Shown: positions 1 through 9,531, numbered from the stretch's first letter. The stretch: DNA of 64,000 nucleotides from Lachnospiraceae bacterium (GCA_045617725.1 JAZLJD010000054.1:645-64644); one strand, 5' to 3'. The notes: a model not told the origin generated them from the letters alone. Made by a program: numbers and translations.

Positions 1-113
1 TTAAGCGTGCACAGGAGATTTATGAGCGTCTTTTGCGTGAAGCAGAGGATGATGAGCGTGTAAAGCAGGCCGAAATCGAGGCTGCCAAAGCAGCGGCTGC
101 AGGCGAGCAATAA
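1..113 (+). CDS. 3' end of an upstream CDS cut by the window edge; product unknown
   Basis: Open frame from position 3 (...KRAQEIYERLLREAEDDERVKQAEIEAAKAAAAGEQ) ending at TAA 111-113. Too short for a domain call. Confidence 0.35.
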   Translation, partial: KRAQEIYERLLREAEDDERVKQAEIEAAKAAAAGEQ

Positions 114-172
114 CCGGCAGTACGATGTGCGATGCGCGTCGATACGTGGGCATTAGGTCTTTTGGGGGTTTC

Positions 173-3061
173 ATGAGACAACTGAATCAGGGACTGATTT
201 TTACAAACGAGAATTGTATTGGTTGCAACCGCTGTATCAGTGGTTGTCCCGTTTTAGGTGCCAATGTATCCGTAGTTATTAATAAAGAAAACAGAATATT
301 GGTAGACGGCAGCAAGTGTATTCATTGCGGACATTGTATCGATACCTGTAAACACAATGCGAGAGATTACAGGGACGATACGAATGACTTTTTGCTTGAT
401 TTGGCAAAGGGGTATCGCATTTCCATGATCATTGCTCCGTCTTTTTTCATTGAATATAAAGAAACTGCCGGCGAAATCCTGCAGCACCTTAAGGAAATGG
501 GCGTCGGTCATTTTTATCATGGTGGTTTTGGCGCCGATATCCATACTTACGAGGCGATTAACTATCTGTCGATTGCGGAGCAGGAGGGCTGCTTATCTTC
601 CGCCTGCCCGGCCATTGTACATTATGCCGAAAAGTACGCGCCGGAGCTACTCGATCGTTTTTTGCCTGTGCTGTCTCCGATGGAATGTACGGCGGTTTAT
701 GTGCGTAAGTACTTAAAGGATGAATGCCCGATTGCGTTCCTTTCGCCCTGCATCGCCAAAAAGGATGAGCTCGAGGACCCTTCACTGCAGGGAATCGTGA
801 GCTACAATGTCACTTTTGCGAAGCTCATGGAGCAGATGGACAGCATGCATTTCGAGGAAGCAGAGGAACCTTTGCAACCCGAGCTGACGGCGGAAGGGGA
901 TCCGGGACTGACTGAGTGCCTGGCCGTTCATGACGAGGGCTTTTGGGAGGCCAAAGAGAAAGCCGTAGTGGAGCTTGCGGATTGCGGGCTTGGAAAGCTT
1001 TATCCCGTGGATGGCGGCCTTTCCGAGAATATAAGGCATTACATGAATTCGGATACCATTATCCGTAAAATAGAAGGTGTGGAGACGGTTTACCCGTACC
1101 TTAAGACCTATGAGGAGCGACTTTCCAAGAACCAGCGGACTCCGCTTATGGTGGATGCACTGAACTGTCAGCAGGGATGCATCACGGGAACCGGACTTGC
1201 GGATCGTCGTTACTATGATGATGAGGCCCTGTTTACCCTGCAGGATATCCGTTCACAAAGTGGTGTGACGAAGCAGGACGCCGAAACGAATTTCGCGGCA
1301 CTTACGGAGCGCTTTAAGGAACTGCGCAGCTCCGATTTCGTGCGTAATTTCCGAAGAAATCTTAAGGTGGACGAGGTCGTTTCGGATGCCGAGATGGACG
1401 AGATTTATCGCAGTATGTATAAGTTTACGCCCGAGGATCGTTGTGTGGACTGCCATTCCTGCGGTTATGATTCCTGCCGGGATATGGTTCGTGCGATTGC
1501 AACGAATGTCAATCACAAGGAGAATTGCGTGCATTACATGCGGGATGAGAATCTGCGCCTGTATCTGACGGATCCGATGACCGGAATTCCGAACTCCAAC
1601 GCATTCAACAGACACCTGAACAAAATTCTTGAGGAGCATAACGGGCTTGGTTATTCCGCTATCTTCTTTAACGTAAGAAACTTCAAGCTGGTTAATAAAA
1701 AGTACGGTTCCAAGACCGGTGACAAAATTCTGATTGAGTATTCCAAGAAGGTTGCGTCCCTGGCCGGCGAGGGCGAGCTGATTGCACGCTGGGGCGGTGA
1801 CAACTACATCGGTCTCTTCAAAACCGTGAGATTACAGTATATTCTGCATCAGCTTGAGGATATCATGATTCTGATTAATCGCGGTGAGTCCCTGGAGGAG
1901 TGCCATCTTTCCATTCGCGCCGCAATCTATACGCTGACCGGCAAGGAAACCATAGCCGGACAGATTATGGGCCGTATCACAACGACTTATGCGACCATGA
2001 ACAAGGACGGTCGTACGAATATCCTGTATTTCAACGAGGAACTGGGCAAGAAGATTCTGCATGATACCCGTATCGAGGAAATGCTGGAGCCCGCTCTTTT
2101 AAATAAGGAATTTGTTGTTTACTATCAGCCCAAGGTCAATATGAAGACGCATCAGTTGATTGGCGCCGAGGCACTGGTTCGCTGGAATCGTGCCGGCAAG
2201 CTGATTCCTCCCATGGAATTCATTCCAATCTGTGAGAGCAACGGTTTTGTTAAGCGGATTGACTACTATGTTTTGAATCAGGTTTGCAGCGATATCCATC
2301 GGTGGCTTGAGCAGGGAATTCAGCCCGTTCGCGTTTCCTTCAACTTCAGCAAGCAGCACCTTGACGATCCGCAGCTTGCAGACCATATTCATGATGTGGC
2401 CGAAAAATACCAGATTCCGCGCGGTATTCTGGAAGTTGAGTTTACCGAGATGGCTTATGTGGATGATTATGAGCGTCTCGTTACGACGATTGCGAAGCTG
2501 AACGATTACGGAATTATGACCTCCATCGATGATTTCGGTACCGGTTATTCTTCCCTGAATCTTTTGCAGAATGTTAAGTTCAATACACTGAAGCTGGACA
2601 AGTCCTTCGTGCAGACTCCCTCCACCGACAAGCGGAACCGTGCGGTGATTACCAACATCATCCGCATGGCCAAGGAACTGGAGATGGAAATCATTGCCGA
2701 GGGTGTAGAAACCGAGGAGGAGCTTTCCTTCTTAAGCGGTCTGTCCTGCGATGTCGCACAGGGCTATCTTTTTGACAAACCGCTTTCGCCGGAGGCTTTC
2801 TGCGAAAGATTACAGCAGAAGCAGTACACCCTTTCGGATATGCAGCAGCTGAAGAGCGCGCCGGATACCGGGCTTAAGCCCACCGAACCTGTCATTTCCG
2901 AGGCGGAGACGCTTCCTCCGCAGGTAGAGACGCCTGTCATGGAAGAGCAGACGACCCTCGACATGTTTGAGGATGTAATGCGACGCCGCGGCGAGGATCC
3001 GAAGGAGGAACCGATTCCACGCAGGGCACTGTGGATGGAAGAAGAGTTCCGAAAAAAGTAA
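173..3061 (+). CDS. Sensory [FeFe]-hydrogenase-like protein fused to a degenerate GGDEF and an intact EAL domain; predicted redox/H2-responsive c-di-GMP phosphodiesterase
   Basis: Two ferredoxin motifs (CIGCNRCISGCP, CIHCGHCIDTC). H-cluster-like motifs SSACP, SPCIAKKDE and NCQQGC. An extra Fe-S motif CVDCHSCGYDSC. GGDNY replaces GGDEF. EAL motifs EALVRW, DDFGTGYSS, KLDKSF, EGVETEEE and QGYLFDKP are present. Start chosen at ATG 173 (MRQLNQ, G-rich SD-like stretch upstream); ATG 125 is an alternative. Confidence 0.8.
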   Translation: MRQLNQGLIFTNENCIGCNRCISGCPVLGANVSVVINKENRILVDGSKCIHCGHCIDTCKHNARDYRDDTNDFLLDLAKGYRISMIIAPSFFIEYKETAGEILQHLKEMGVGHFYHGGFGADIHTYEAINYLSIAEQEGCLSSACPAIVHYAEKYAPELLDRFLPVLSPMECTAVYVRKYLKDECPIAFLSPCIAKKDELEDPSLQGIVSYNVTFAKLMEQMDSMHFEEAEEPLQPELTAEGDPGLTECLAVHDEGFWEAKEKAVVELADCGLGKLYPVDGGLSENIRHYMNSDTIIRKIEGVETVYPYLKTYEERLSKNQRTPLMVDALNCQQGCITGTGLADRRYYDDEALFTLQDIRSQSGVTKQDAETNFAALTERFKELRSSDFVRNFRRNLKVDEVVSDAEMDEIYRSMYKFTPEDRCVDCHSCGYDSCRDMVRAIATNVNHKENCVHYMRDENLRLYLTDPMTGIPNSNAFNRHLNKILEEHNGLGYSAIFFNVRNFKLVNKKYGSKTGDKILIEYSKKVASLAGEGELIARWGGDNYIGLFKTVRLQYILHQLEDIMILINRGESLEECHLSIRAAIYTLTGKETIAGQIMGRITTTYATMNKDGRTNILYFNEELGKKILHDTRIEEMLEPALLNKEFVVYYQPKVNMKTHQLIGAEALVRWNRAGKLIPPMEFIPICESNGFVKRIDYYVLNQVCSDIHRWLEQGIQPVRVSFNFSKQHLDDPQLADHIHDVAEKYQIPRGILEVEFTEMAYVDDYERLVTTIAKLNDYGIMTSIDDFGTGYSSLNLLQNVKFNTLKLDKSFVQTPSTDKRNRAVITNIIRMAKELEMEIIAEGVETEEELSFLSGLSCDVAQGYLFDKPLSPEAFCERLQQKQYTLSDMQQLKSAPDTGLKPTEPVISEAETLPPQVETPVMEEQTTLDMFEDVMRRRGEDPKEEPIPRRALWMEEEFRKK

Positions 3062-3104
3062 CAAAAATTTATATGCCGATTATTGGGCACATACAGAAGA
3101 TTTT

Positions 3105-3138
3105 CCGGGAATCCGTCGGGGGATTCCCGGATTTTTTT
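3105..3138 (+). terminator. Rho-independent terminator after the hydrogenase-like GGDEF/EAL gene
   Basis: Perfect 10-bp stem ccgggaatcc/ggattcccgg, 6-nt loop, followed by a run of 7 T. Confidence 0.8.
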
Positions 3139-3274
3139 GGCACATTTGGTGAATGGATTTGTGCCAAAAAGTATGCTACCATCACTTCACAAGTCGACTT
3201 ATCTGAAACATATCTGTGGTTTCGGCCCGAATCGGGCTATGAATTCTTTTGAACGTAGGAGTAAAGGAGTATCG

Positions 3275-5257
3275 ATGAGATTTAGAAAGACAGGATTTGT
3301 TTTGGCACTGTTATTTTTGTGCCTGTTTTTAGGGATGGAGTCCCAAAATGTGTGGGCGGAGTCTGTGTGCCATACGCACACGGGGGATGCGGTTCACGGT
3401 GGCGGATGCTATACGAAGGATGTGCTGTGCGGGGGCAGTCCGGAAGCCTATAAAGTCCCGCATGACTGTGGAACCAGGGCCTTGGCGACGTATGCGTATG
3501 ATGAGAATACCTATGAGGGCAATACACCCGGGACGGCACCCGTGGGTGTGTGCCCTTCCTGCGGCAGCCATTATTACAGGCGCTGGTATTACGGCTACAG
3601 CCACGTTTGCGATGCACAGCGGGGACAGGTTAGTGTAGGGGCATACTATGCCTGCAAGGACTGCGGGTATTCGACGCTTTCGGGTGGTACCTATGCGGGC
3701 GGTACGATCAATCCGCTCTACTATACCTGTAGCAATCGCTACTATACGGAGGCGTATCGCTGCTCTAAGTGCCATAAGGAGTGCACACAGGCGGATTATA
3801 AGGCCGGAAGGAAATGCGGGGAGCATGTGGAATATGCCGTGAACTGTGGGTACTCGGATGGAGAATTGCTGGTTGACATAACTATAAATGAGGCTCCGAC
3901 TGAGCCTGTTAATCACGACGTGGAACTGAAGGTTTTTATGAAGGGCAAGCCGGAGGTTATGAATACCGCGGCCATTAAGTGGCAGGACGGCAGTACGGCC
4001 GCGACCTTCAGCGCGCCAGAGAACGGGACGTATTCCTGCTCGGTTACGGTCAGCGACTGCGGGCAGCTCAAAACGGTTTCCTTAAGCACGACGGTCGGCT
4101 GCATTGACAAGGAACCGCCGGTTGTCACGCTTTTGACGGACGCGGATCTGAGCACCTGGTACGAGGGCAGCATCTGCCTTTACGGGGAGGCGCATGATAC
4201 GGGCCTGGGCCTCCCCGAGGAGCCCTATTCGTTTGACGGTGGGGTGACCTTTGTAAGCGAGGGCAAGCTTTTGGTGGATAAAAGCGGTACGTATGAAGTG
4301 CTTGTGAAAGACCGGGCCGGCAATACCACGGCGGCATCCCTGACCGTGACGATGGCTGTGAAGCCGGCCCCGAAGACTCCGGACCCCCTGCCGTCCGAAA
4401 TACCCACGGTGGCTCCGGCGCCTTCGACCGCTCCGGCACCTTCCGTGCAGGCGACTCCCACTCTATCCGGAGGGACTACGCCGCCGTCCTCGGGAACGCC
4501 CGGTTCCGTAGGACCGGCAGGGAACAGCTCCGTATCTCAAGGAGCAGCAGGGGGCGACTCCGGGGCGGCCCCGACCGTGCCCGCTTCCGCGGCACCGAAG
4601 AGTGAAGGAACGCCTGCTCCGACTGTCCCGTCCCCTAAGGCGGAACCGACCCCTAAGGCCGATACCTCCATAAAGAAGGTTACCAAACTGACTACGACCT
4701 CCGAGCTTCTCTCGGAAGCTTTGGACGACGGGTATAGGATTCCGTACTATCTTTCCGAGGAGAACACGGATGCATTGTTCCAAACCGTTCTGACGCAGAA
4801 TGCGGAGCCGCCCCTTTCTCCGTCCGTATCTCCCTCAGCGAGTGCTTCCGTCCTTTACGAAGGAGTTTTTGATGCACAGGTAGTAGAAGTACAGGACGAG
4901 ACCATTCTGGGACTTGGGTATAAACAGCGCATGATTCTTTTTGGCACCCTGGTACTGGTGATACTGGGAGGAATGATTTACGGCAAGCAGTACGTGGAGA
5001 GGCTGCTGGGCGTGCGGATGAAAGGCAATGACGGTGAGTACCACTACATCGCACACATTCCGGTGATGAAGCATCGGGGACGTCTGCAGGTATATCTGAG
5101 GCCGGCACTCATTGAGAAGATTGACAGGGCACAGGTCAGACTGCATTTTTCAGAGCGTTTTATGAAGAAGAACCAGGGGCATAAGTTGCTTGTTTTATGG
5201 CAGGAGGGACAGCTCAGTATGCAGGTGGAACAGGATGTAATCTTGCATCTTACTTAA
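3275..5257 (+). CDS. Cys-rich exported single-pass membrane protein of unknown function
   Basis: ATG 3275 is preceded by the aaaggag RBS. Signal peptide MRFRKTGFVLALLFLCLFLGMESQNVWA. 15 Cys in about 165 residues, including CPSC, CKDC and CSKC. A beta-rich region, a P/A/S/T-rich stalk, the TM helix MILFGTLVLVILGGMIYG, and a cytoplasmic tail of about 110 aa. Confidence 0.7.
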   Translation: MRFRKTGFVLALLFLCLFLGMESQNVWAESVCHTHTGDAVHGGGCYTKDVLCGGSPEAYKVPHDCGTRALATYAYDENTYEGNTPGTAPVGVCPSCGSHYYRRWYYGYSHVCDAQRGQVSVGAYYACKDCGYSTLSGGTYAGGTINPLYYTCSNRYYTEAYRCSKCHKECTQADYKAGRKCGEHVEYAVNCGYSDGELLVDITINEAPTEPVNHDVELKVFMKGKPEVMNTAAIKWQDGSTAATFSAPENGTYSCSVTVSDCGQLKTVSLSTTVGCIDKEPPVVTLLTDADLSTWYEGSICLYGEAHDTGLGLPEEPYSFDGGVTFVSEGKLLVDKSGTYEVLVKDRAGNTTAASLTVTMAVKPAPKTPDPLPSEIPTVAPAPSTAPAPSVQATPTLSGGTTPPSSGTPGSVGPAGNSSVSQGAAGGDSGAAPTVPASAAPKSEGTPAPTVPSPKAEPTPKADTSIKKVTKLTTTSELLSEALDDGYRIPYYLSEENTDALFQTVLTQNAEPPLSPSVSPSASASVLYEGVFDAQVVEVQDETILGLGYKQRMILFGTLVLVILGGMIYGKQYVERLLGVRMKGNDGEYHYIAHIPVMKHRGRLQVYLRPALIEKIDRAQVRLHFSERFMKKNQGHKLLVLWQEGQLSMQVEQDVILHLT

Positions 5258-5332
5258 TTCTCTGCTATATTTTAGTGGTTATGAGGGCCGGACGGTTTTC
5301 GTAAACAAAGCAATATAGAAAGGAATGAGCAT

Positions 5333-6391
5333 ATGAGCTGGGAACAGAATGTCAGATGTGTGGAACCGTATGTACCGGGTGAGCAACCCAAGGTTTCCAA
5401 CATGATTAAGCTGAACACAAACGAGTGTCCCTATCCGCCTGCTCCGAAAGTACAGGAAGTACTTTCTCAAACGGATGCAGAGCGTATGAGACTTTATCCG
5501 GATCCGAAGATTACGGATCTTACGGAGGCACTGGCGCATTATCATCAGGTTGACCCTGCACAGGTATTTGTCGGCATCGGATCGGATGATGTATTGTCAG
5601 TGGCGTTTCTGACATTTTTCCACTCAGGGAAGCCGGTCCTTTTTCCTGATATAACCTATTCGTTTTACCCTGTATGGGCCGATGTATACGGCATCCCCTA
5701 TACGACGGTTCCTGTGGATGAGGCATTTCAGATTCATCCGGAGGATTACAAAAGAGAGAATGGCGGTATTGTGATTGCGAATCCGAATGCACCGACTACT
5801 CTCGAACTTTCGACGGAAGGAATTCGTGAAATCCTGAATGCCAATCCTGACTCTGTTGTGATTGTGGACGAGGCATATGTAGATTTTGGCGGAACCACCG
5901 TGTTACCGCTTGTTTCCGAATATGACAATCTTCTGGTGGTACGAACCTTCAGCAAGAGCCGTTCCATGGCCGGTATGCGTATCGGATATGCCATCGGTTC
6001 TGCCAAGCTGATTAAGTATATGAGTGATGTGAAGTTTTCGATTAACTCCTATACCTTAAATCGTATTTCCATTACGACGGGTACTGCCAGCGTGCAGGAT
6101 GATGCTTACTTTAAGGAAATTGTCGCACGTGTCATGAAGACGCGTGATACGTATGCCACGGAGCTTCGGAAGCTGGGCTTTGTCCTTCCGGATTCCAAGA
6201 CCAACTTTTACTTTGCAACGCACCCTAAATATTCGGCAGAGTTTCTTATGACGAAGCTTCGGGAGCGCAATATCTTCGTGCGTCACTTTAAAAAACCGGA
6301 GTGTATCAGCAATTACCTTCGTATTTCCATCGGTACGGACGAGGAGATGGAAGCACTTGTAAAAGCACTTAAGGAAATCATGGAGGGGTAG
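5333..6391 (+). CDS. hisC: Histidinol-phosphate aminotransferase
   Basis: 352 aa. N-terminus ...YVPGEQP...IKLNTNECPYPP and SKSRSMAGMRIGY (PLP-Lys region) are typical of HisC class-II aminotransferases. Confidence 0.85.
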   Translation: MSWEQNVRCVEPYVPGEQPKVSNMIKLNTNECPYPPAPKVQEVLSQTDAERMRLYPDPKITDLTEALAHYHQVDPAQVFVGIGSDDVLSVAFLTFFHSGKPVLFPDITYSFYPVWADVYGIPYTTVPVDEAFQIHPEDYKRENGGIVIANPNAPTTLELSTEGIREILNANPDSVVIVDEAYVDFGGTTVLPLVSEYDNLLVVRTFSKSRSMAGMRIGYAIGSAKLIKYMSDVKFSINSYTLNRISITTGTASVQDDAYFKEIVARVMKTRDTYATELRKLGFVLPDSKTNFYFATHPKYSAEFLMTKLRERNIFVRHFKKPECISNYLRISIGTDEEMEALVKALKEIMEG

Positions 6392-6394
6392 TCT

Positions 6395-7249
6395 ATGTGG
6401 AACTTTATTAAGGATATTTTGAAGGGTATGGTGATTGGTATTGCCAATGTCATTCCCGGCGTAAGCGGCGGTACCATGGCTGTTTCCATGGGCATTTATG
6501 ACAAGATGATTCATGCCATTACCCATGTATTCAAGGAATTTAAGAAGAGTTTTCTGATTCTTCTTCCTATAGTAATAGGTATGTTGATTTCCATAGTAGG
6601 TGCATCCAAGGGAATCGAGTGGATGTATGCCGTAATTCCCATTCAGACTACGGGACTCTTTATCGGCTTGATTGTCGGAGGTCTTCCGAGCGTATATAAG
6701 AGAGTGAAGGGACATAAGGTGAAGTTTGGTCATGTGCTTGCAGGTCTTTTGATGTTCGGCGTGGTTCTGGGTCTTGCCTTTGTGGGGGATCCTCAAAATT
6801 CTTCGGACGTAAGCTTTTCCTTTATGAATGTACTTAAACTCTTGGGAGCCGGTATTGTAGCATCCGCGACGATGGTTATTCCCGGAATCTCGGGTTCCAT
6901 GATGATGATGCTCATGGGCTACTACTACAAGATTATCAATGCAGTCAGTGCTTTTGCCGACAGTGTTTTCGCACTGGACGGAAGCGGAATGCTGGCCGGT
7001 TGTGCGGTTTTGGTTCCTTTCGGAATCGGCGTTTTGGTTGGTATTGTTGTGATTGCCAAGTTAATTGAAATCATTTTCGATAAATGCCCGATGTACGCTT
7101 ACAGCGCAATTATCGGTCTGATTGTGGCATCTCCTTTTGCCATTATTATTGTAGGAACCTTCCCGCCGGTTACGGCATTGGCTGTGATTACGGCAGTCCT
7201 TGCAGCGGCTGTCGGTTTCGTGATTGCTCTTTTCTTAGGACAGGAGTAA
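6395..7249 (+). CDS. DUF368-family polytopic membrane protein (family reported as undecaprenyl-phosphate translocase)
   Basis: Duplicated IPGVSGGTMAV / IPGISGSMMMM motifs and about 8 hydrophobic helices. Starts 3 nt after the hisC stop. Confidence 0.8.
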   Translation: MWNFIKDILKGMVIGIANVIPGVSGGTMAVSMGIYDKMIHAITHVFKEFKKSFLILLPIVIGMLISIVGASKGIEWMYAVIPIQTTGLFIGLIVGGLPSVYKRVKGHKVKFGHVLAGLLMFGVVLGLAFVGDPQNSSDVSFSFMNVLKLLGAGIVASATMVIPGISGSMMMMLMGYYYKIINAVSAFADSVFALDGSGMLAGCAVLVPFGIGVLVGIVVIAKLIEIIFDKCPMYAYSAIIGLIVASPFAIIIVGTFPPVTALAVITAVLAAAVGFVIALFLGQE

Positions 7250-7252
7250 GGT

Positions 7253-7996
7253 ATGGAAGCCTATACGGATTTCGCAAGTGTATATGACGAATTCATGGAG
7301 GAAACACCCTACGATGCCTGGTGTGCATTCATTGAAAGCAGGCTTAAGGAGGACGGAATTACGGAAGGTCTGATACTGGACCTGGGCTGCGGTACGGGAG
7401 CCATGACAGAGCGTCTTAAGGCTCTGTCCTATGATATGATCGGGGTGGATTCTTCGGAAGAGATGCTACGTATCGCGACGGAGAAAGGAGACCGGGATAT
7501 TCTGTATCTGTTACAGGATATGCGCGAGTTTGAACTCTACGGAACCGTGCGTGCCATTGTCAGCGTTTGCGATTGTGTGAATTATATTACGGATCCAAAG
7601 GAACTGCTTTCGGTATTTCGCCTTGTGAACAATTATCTTGATCCGAAGGGCCTGTTTATCTTTGACTTCAATACACCCTACAAGTATGGCGAGGTAATCG
7701 GTGATACCGTAATCGCAGAGAACCGTGAGGACAAAAGCTTCATCTGGGAGAACTACTGGTATCCCGAGGAGCACATCAATGAATATGATGTAACTATTTA
7801 CCAAAAGGAAGAAGACGGACGCTATCGGAGATTTACGGAAGAGCATTACCAGCGGGCTTATACACTTTCTGAGATTAAGAAGCTTGCTTCCAAGGCAGGC
7901 CTAAGCTTTGTAGCGGCTTATGATGATTATACGGAGCAACCTGTCACAAGAAAGTCAGAACGAATTGTGGCAGTATTTCGTGAACAAGGGAAATAA
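7253..7996 (+). CDS. Class I SAM-dependent methyltransferase
   Basis: Motif I LDLGCGTG with an acidic post-I loop (GVDSSEEM). Starts 3 nt after the DUF368 stop. Confidence 0.75.
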   Translation: MEAYTDFASVYDEFMEETPYDAWCAFIESRLKEDGITEGLILDLGCGTGAMTERLKALSYDMIGVDSSEEMLRIATEKGDRDILYLLQDMREFELYGTVRAIVSVCDCVNYITDPKELLSVFRLVNNYLDPKGLFIFDFNTPYKYGEVIGDTVIAENREDKSFIWENYWYPEEHINEYDVTIYQKEEDGRYRRFTEEHYQRAYTLSEIKKLASKAGLSFVAAYDDYTEQPVTRKSERIVAVFREQGK

Positions 7997-8005
7997 TGTA
8001 AATAT

Positions 8006-8033
8006 AAGAGGGTGGTTTGCCGCCCTCTTTTAT
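8006..8033 (+). terminator. Rho-independent terminator after the methyltransferase
   Basis: Stem aagagggtgg/ccgccctctt (one G-U pair), tttg loop, T-rich tail. Confidence 0.6.
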
Positions 8034-8056
8034 ACTAAAGAATGTGAGTGTGAAAC

Positions 8057-8938
8057 ATGAAAGATTATATTGCAACAGCGATTACCGGAAACGGCCAGAT
8101 TCGTATTTTTGCCGCTACAACGCGGGAAATGGTGGAATATGCCAGAAAATGTCATGATATGAGCCCGGTTGCAACGGCGGCATTGGGACGCCTTATGACG
8201 GCAACGGTTATGATGGGCAGCATGATGAAGGGAGACGAGGATCTCATTACGCTTCGTGTACGTGGAGATGGTCCCATCGGAAGTATCCTGGCTACCGCCG
8301 ATTCCCATGGTAAGGTAAAAGGATATGTAGGAAATCCGATGGTCGAACTTCCGCTCAATCCCGCCGGTAAGCTGGATGTGGGCGGCGCCGTAGGCAGGGG
8401 CTTCCTTACCGTAATTCGGGATATCGGCCTTAAAGATCCTTATGTTGGAGAGGTAGAACTGAAGACCGGAGAAATCGGAGATGACCTGACTTACTACTTC
8501 GCCTCCTCGGAGCAGGTTCCTTCTTCCGTCGGACTGGGAGTACTCGTGGACAAAGACTTAAGCGTTAAGCAGGCAGGTGGTTTTATCGTGCAGCTTCTTC
8601 CTTTTGCGGAGGATGAGACGATTGAACAGCTGGAAGCGAATCTTTCAAAAATAAACTCGGTTACGGCCTTGCTGAATGCGAACCTGAGCCCGGAAGAGAT
8701 TATCGAAAAGGTGCTTGAAGGAATGGAGCCGGAGTTTACGGGAACCATGCCGGTGGAATTCTACTGTAACTGTAACAGACAGCGCGTAGAGAAAGCGTTA
8801 ATCAGTTTGGGGGCAGAGGAACTGCAATCCCTCGTGGAAGACGGGAAGGAAGAGGAACTGAAATGTCAGTTCTGTAACAAAAGCTATCGTTTTTCGCCTC
8901 GCGATTTAGAAAAATTGTTAAAATTCGTAACAAATTAA
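8057..8938 (+). CDS. hslO: Redox-regulated chaperone Hsp33
   Basis: 293 aa. C-terminal zinc centre CNCN...CQFCN and overall Hsp33-like sequence. Confidence 0.9.
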   Translation: MKDYIATAITGNGQIRIFAATTREMVEYARKCHDMSPVATAALGRLMTATVMMGSMMKGDEDLITLRVRGDGPIGSILATADSHGKVKGYVGNPMVELPLNPAGKLDVGGAVGRGFLTVIRDIGLKDPYVGEVELKTGEIGDDLTYYFASSEQVPSSVGLGVLVDKDLSVKQAGGFIVQLLPFAEDETIEQLEANLSKINSVTALLNANLSPEEIIEKVLEGMEPEFTGTMPVEFYCNCNRQRVEKALISLGAEELQSLVEDGKEEELKCQFCNKSYRFSPRDLEKLLKFVTN

Positions 8939-9003
8939 AAAATAGCCACAAAAGAACATATCTCGTCCGTATCACTTATGCAGGGCGAGAGAAGGGAGAA
9001 GTT

Positions 9004-9531
9004 GTGACCGAAGAAGCTTTTCTTGCCGGCATCCGAAAGATGCAGAAGGAAGATCGGGATGGACTTAAGGAAATTTATGAGGCCTATTTCCCGTACATAT
9101 TCAAAATAGTCAATGAAATACTGCAGAATCGGGAAGATGCCGAGGATGTTACGCAGGAGTTTTTCATACGCCTTTACCGTGTTGCTTCCATGTACAAGGA
9201 GGGAAGCGGGCATAAGGGCTGGATGGCGACGATTGCCAGAAACCTGGCGCTTGACCACATTCGAAAGTACAGTCGGGAAGAGGCTGTGGAGGAAATGGAA
9301 GACTACGCGACGGAAACCATAAACGGCCCGGAAAGTGAAGTGGTCGGCGATATGGTGATTGAGCAGGCGTTGAATCTTTTGCAGGATGTGGACCGACAGA
9401 TTGTTGCGATGAAGGTTCTCGGTGATATGAAATTCCGCGAGATTGCGGATGTGCTTAAGATGCCGCTGGGCACGGTGACCTGGCGATATCAAAGCGCGAT
9501 GAAACTGTTAAGGAGGTGCGGTTTTGAGTAA
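9004..9531 (+). CDS. ECF-type sigma-70 family RNA polymerase sigma factor
   Basis: GTG start. Region 2 (EDAEDVTQEFFIRLY...GWMATIARNLALDHIRK) and region 4 (FREIADVLKMPLGTVTWRY). Confidence 0.8.
   Translation: MTEEAFLAGIRKMQKEDRDGLKEIYEAYFPYIFKIVNEILQNREDAEDVTQEFFIRLYRVASMYKEGSGHKGWMATIARNLALDHIRKYSREEAVEEMEDYATETINGPESEVVGDMVIEQALNLLQDVDRQIVAMKVLGDMKFREIADVLKMPLGTVTWRYQSAMKLLRRCGFE

Noticed and set aside
3062-3274. Possible c-di-GMP riboswitch upstream of the Cys-rich membrane protein, given the neighbouring GGDEF/EAL gene.
   Set aside because: I found no GEMM-I/II-like conserved segments. I see only a terminator, a second simple hairpin (ttggcaca/tgtgccaa) and a short gcccg-aat-cgggc stem.
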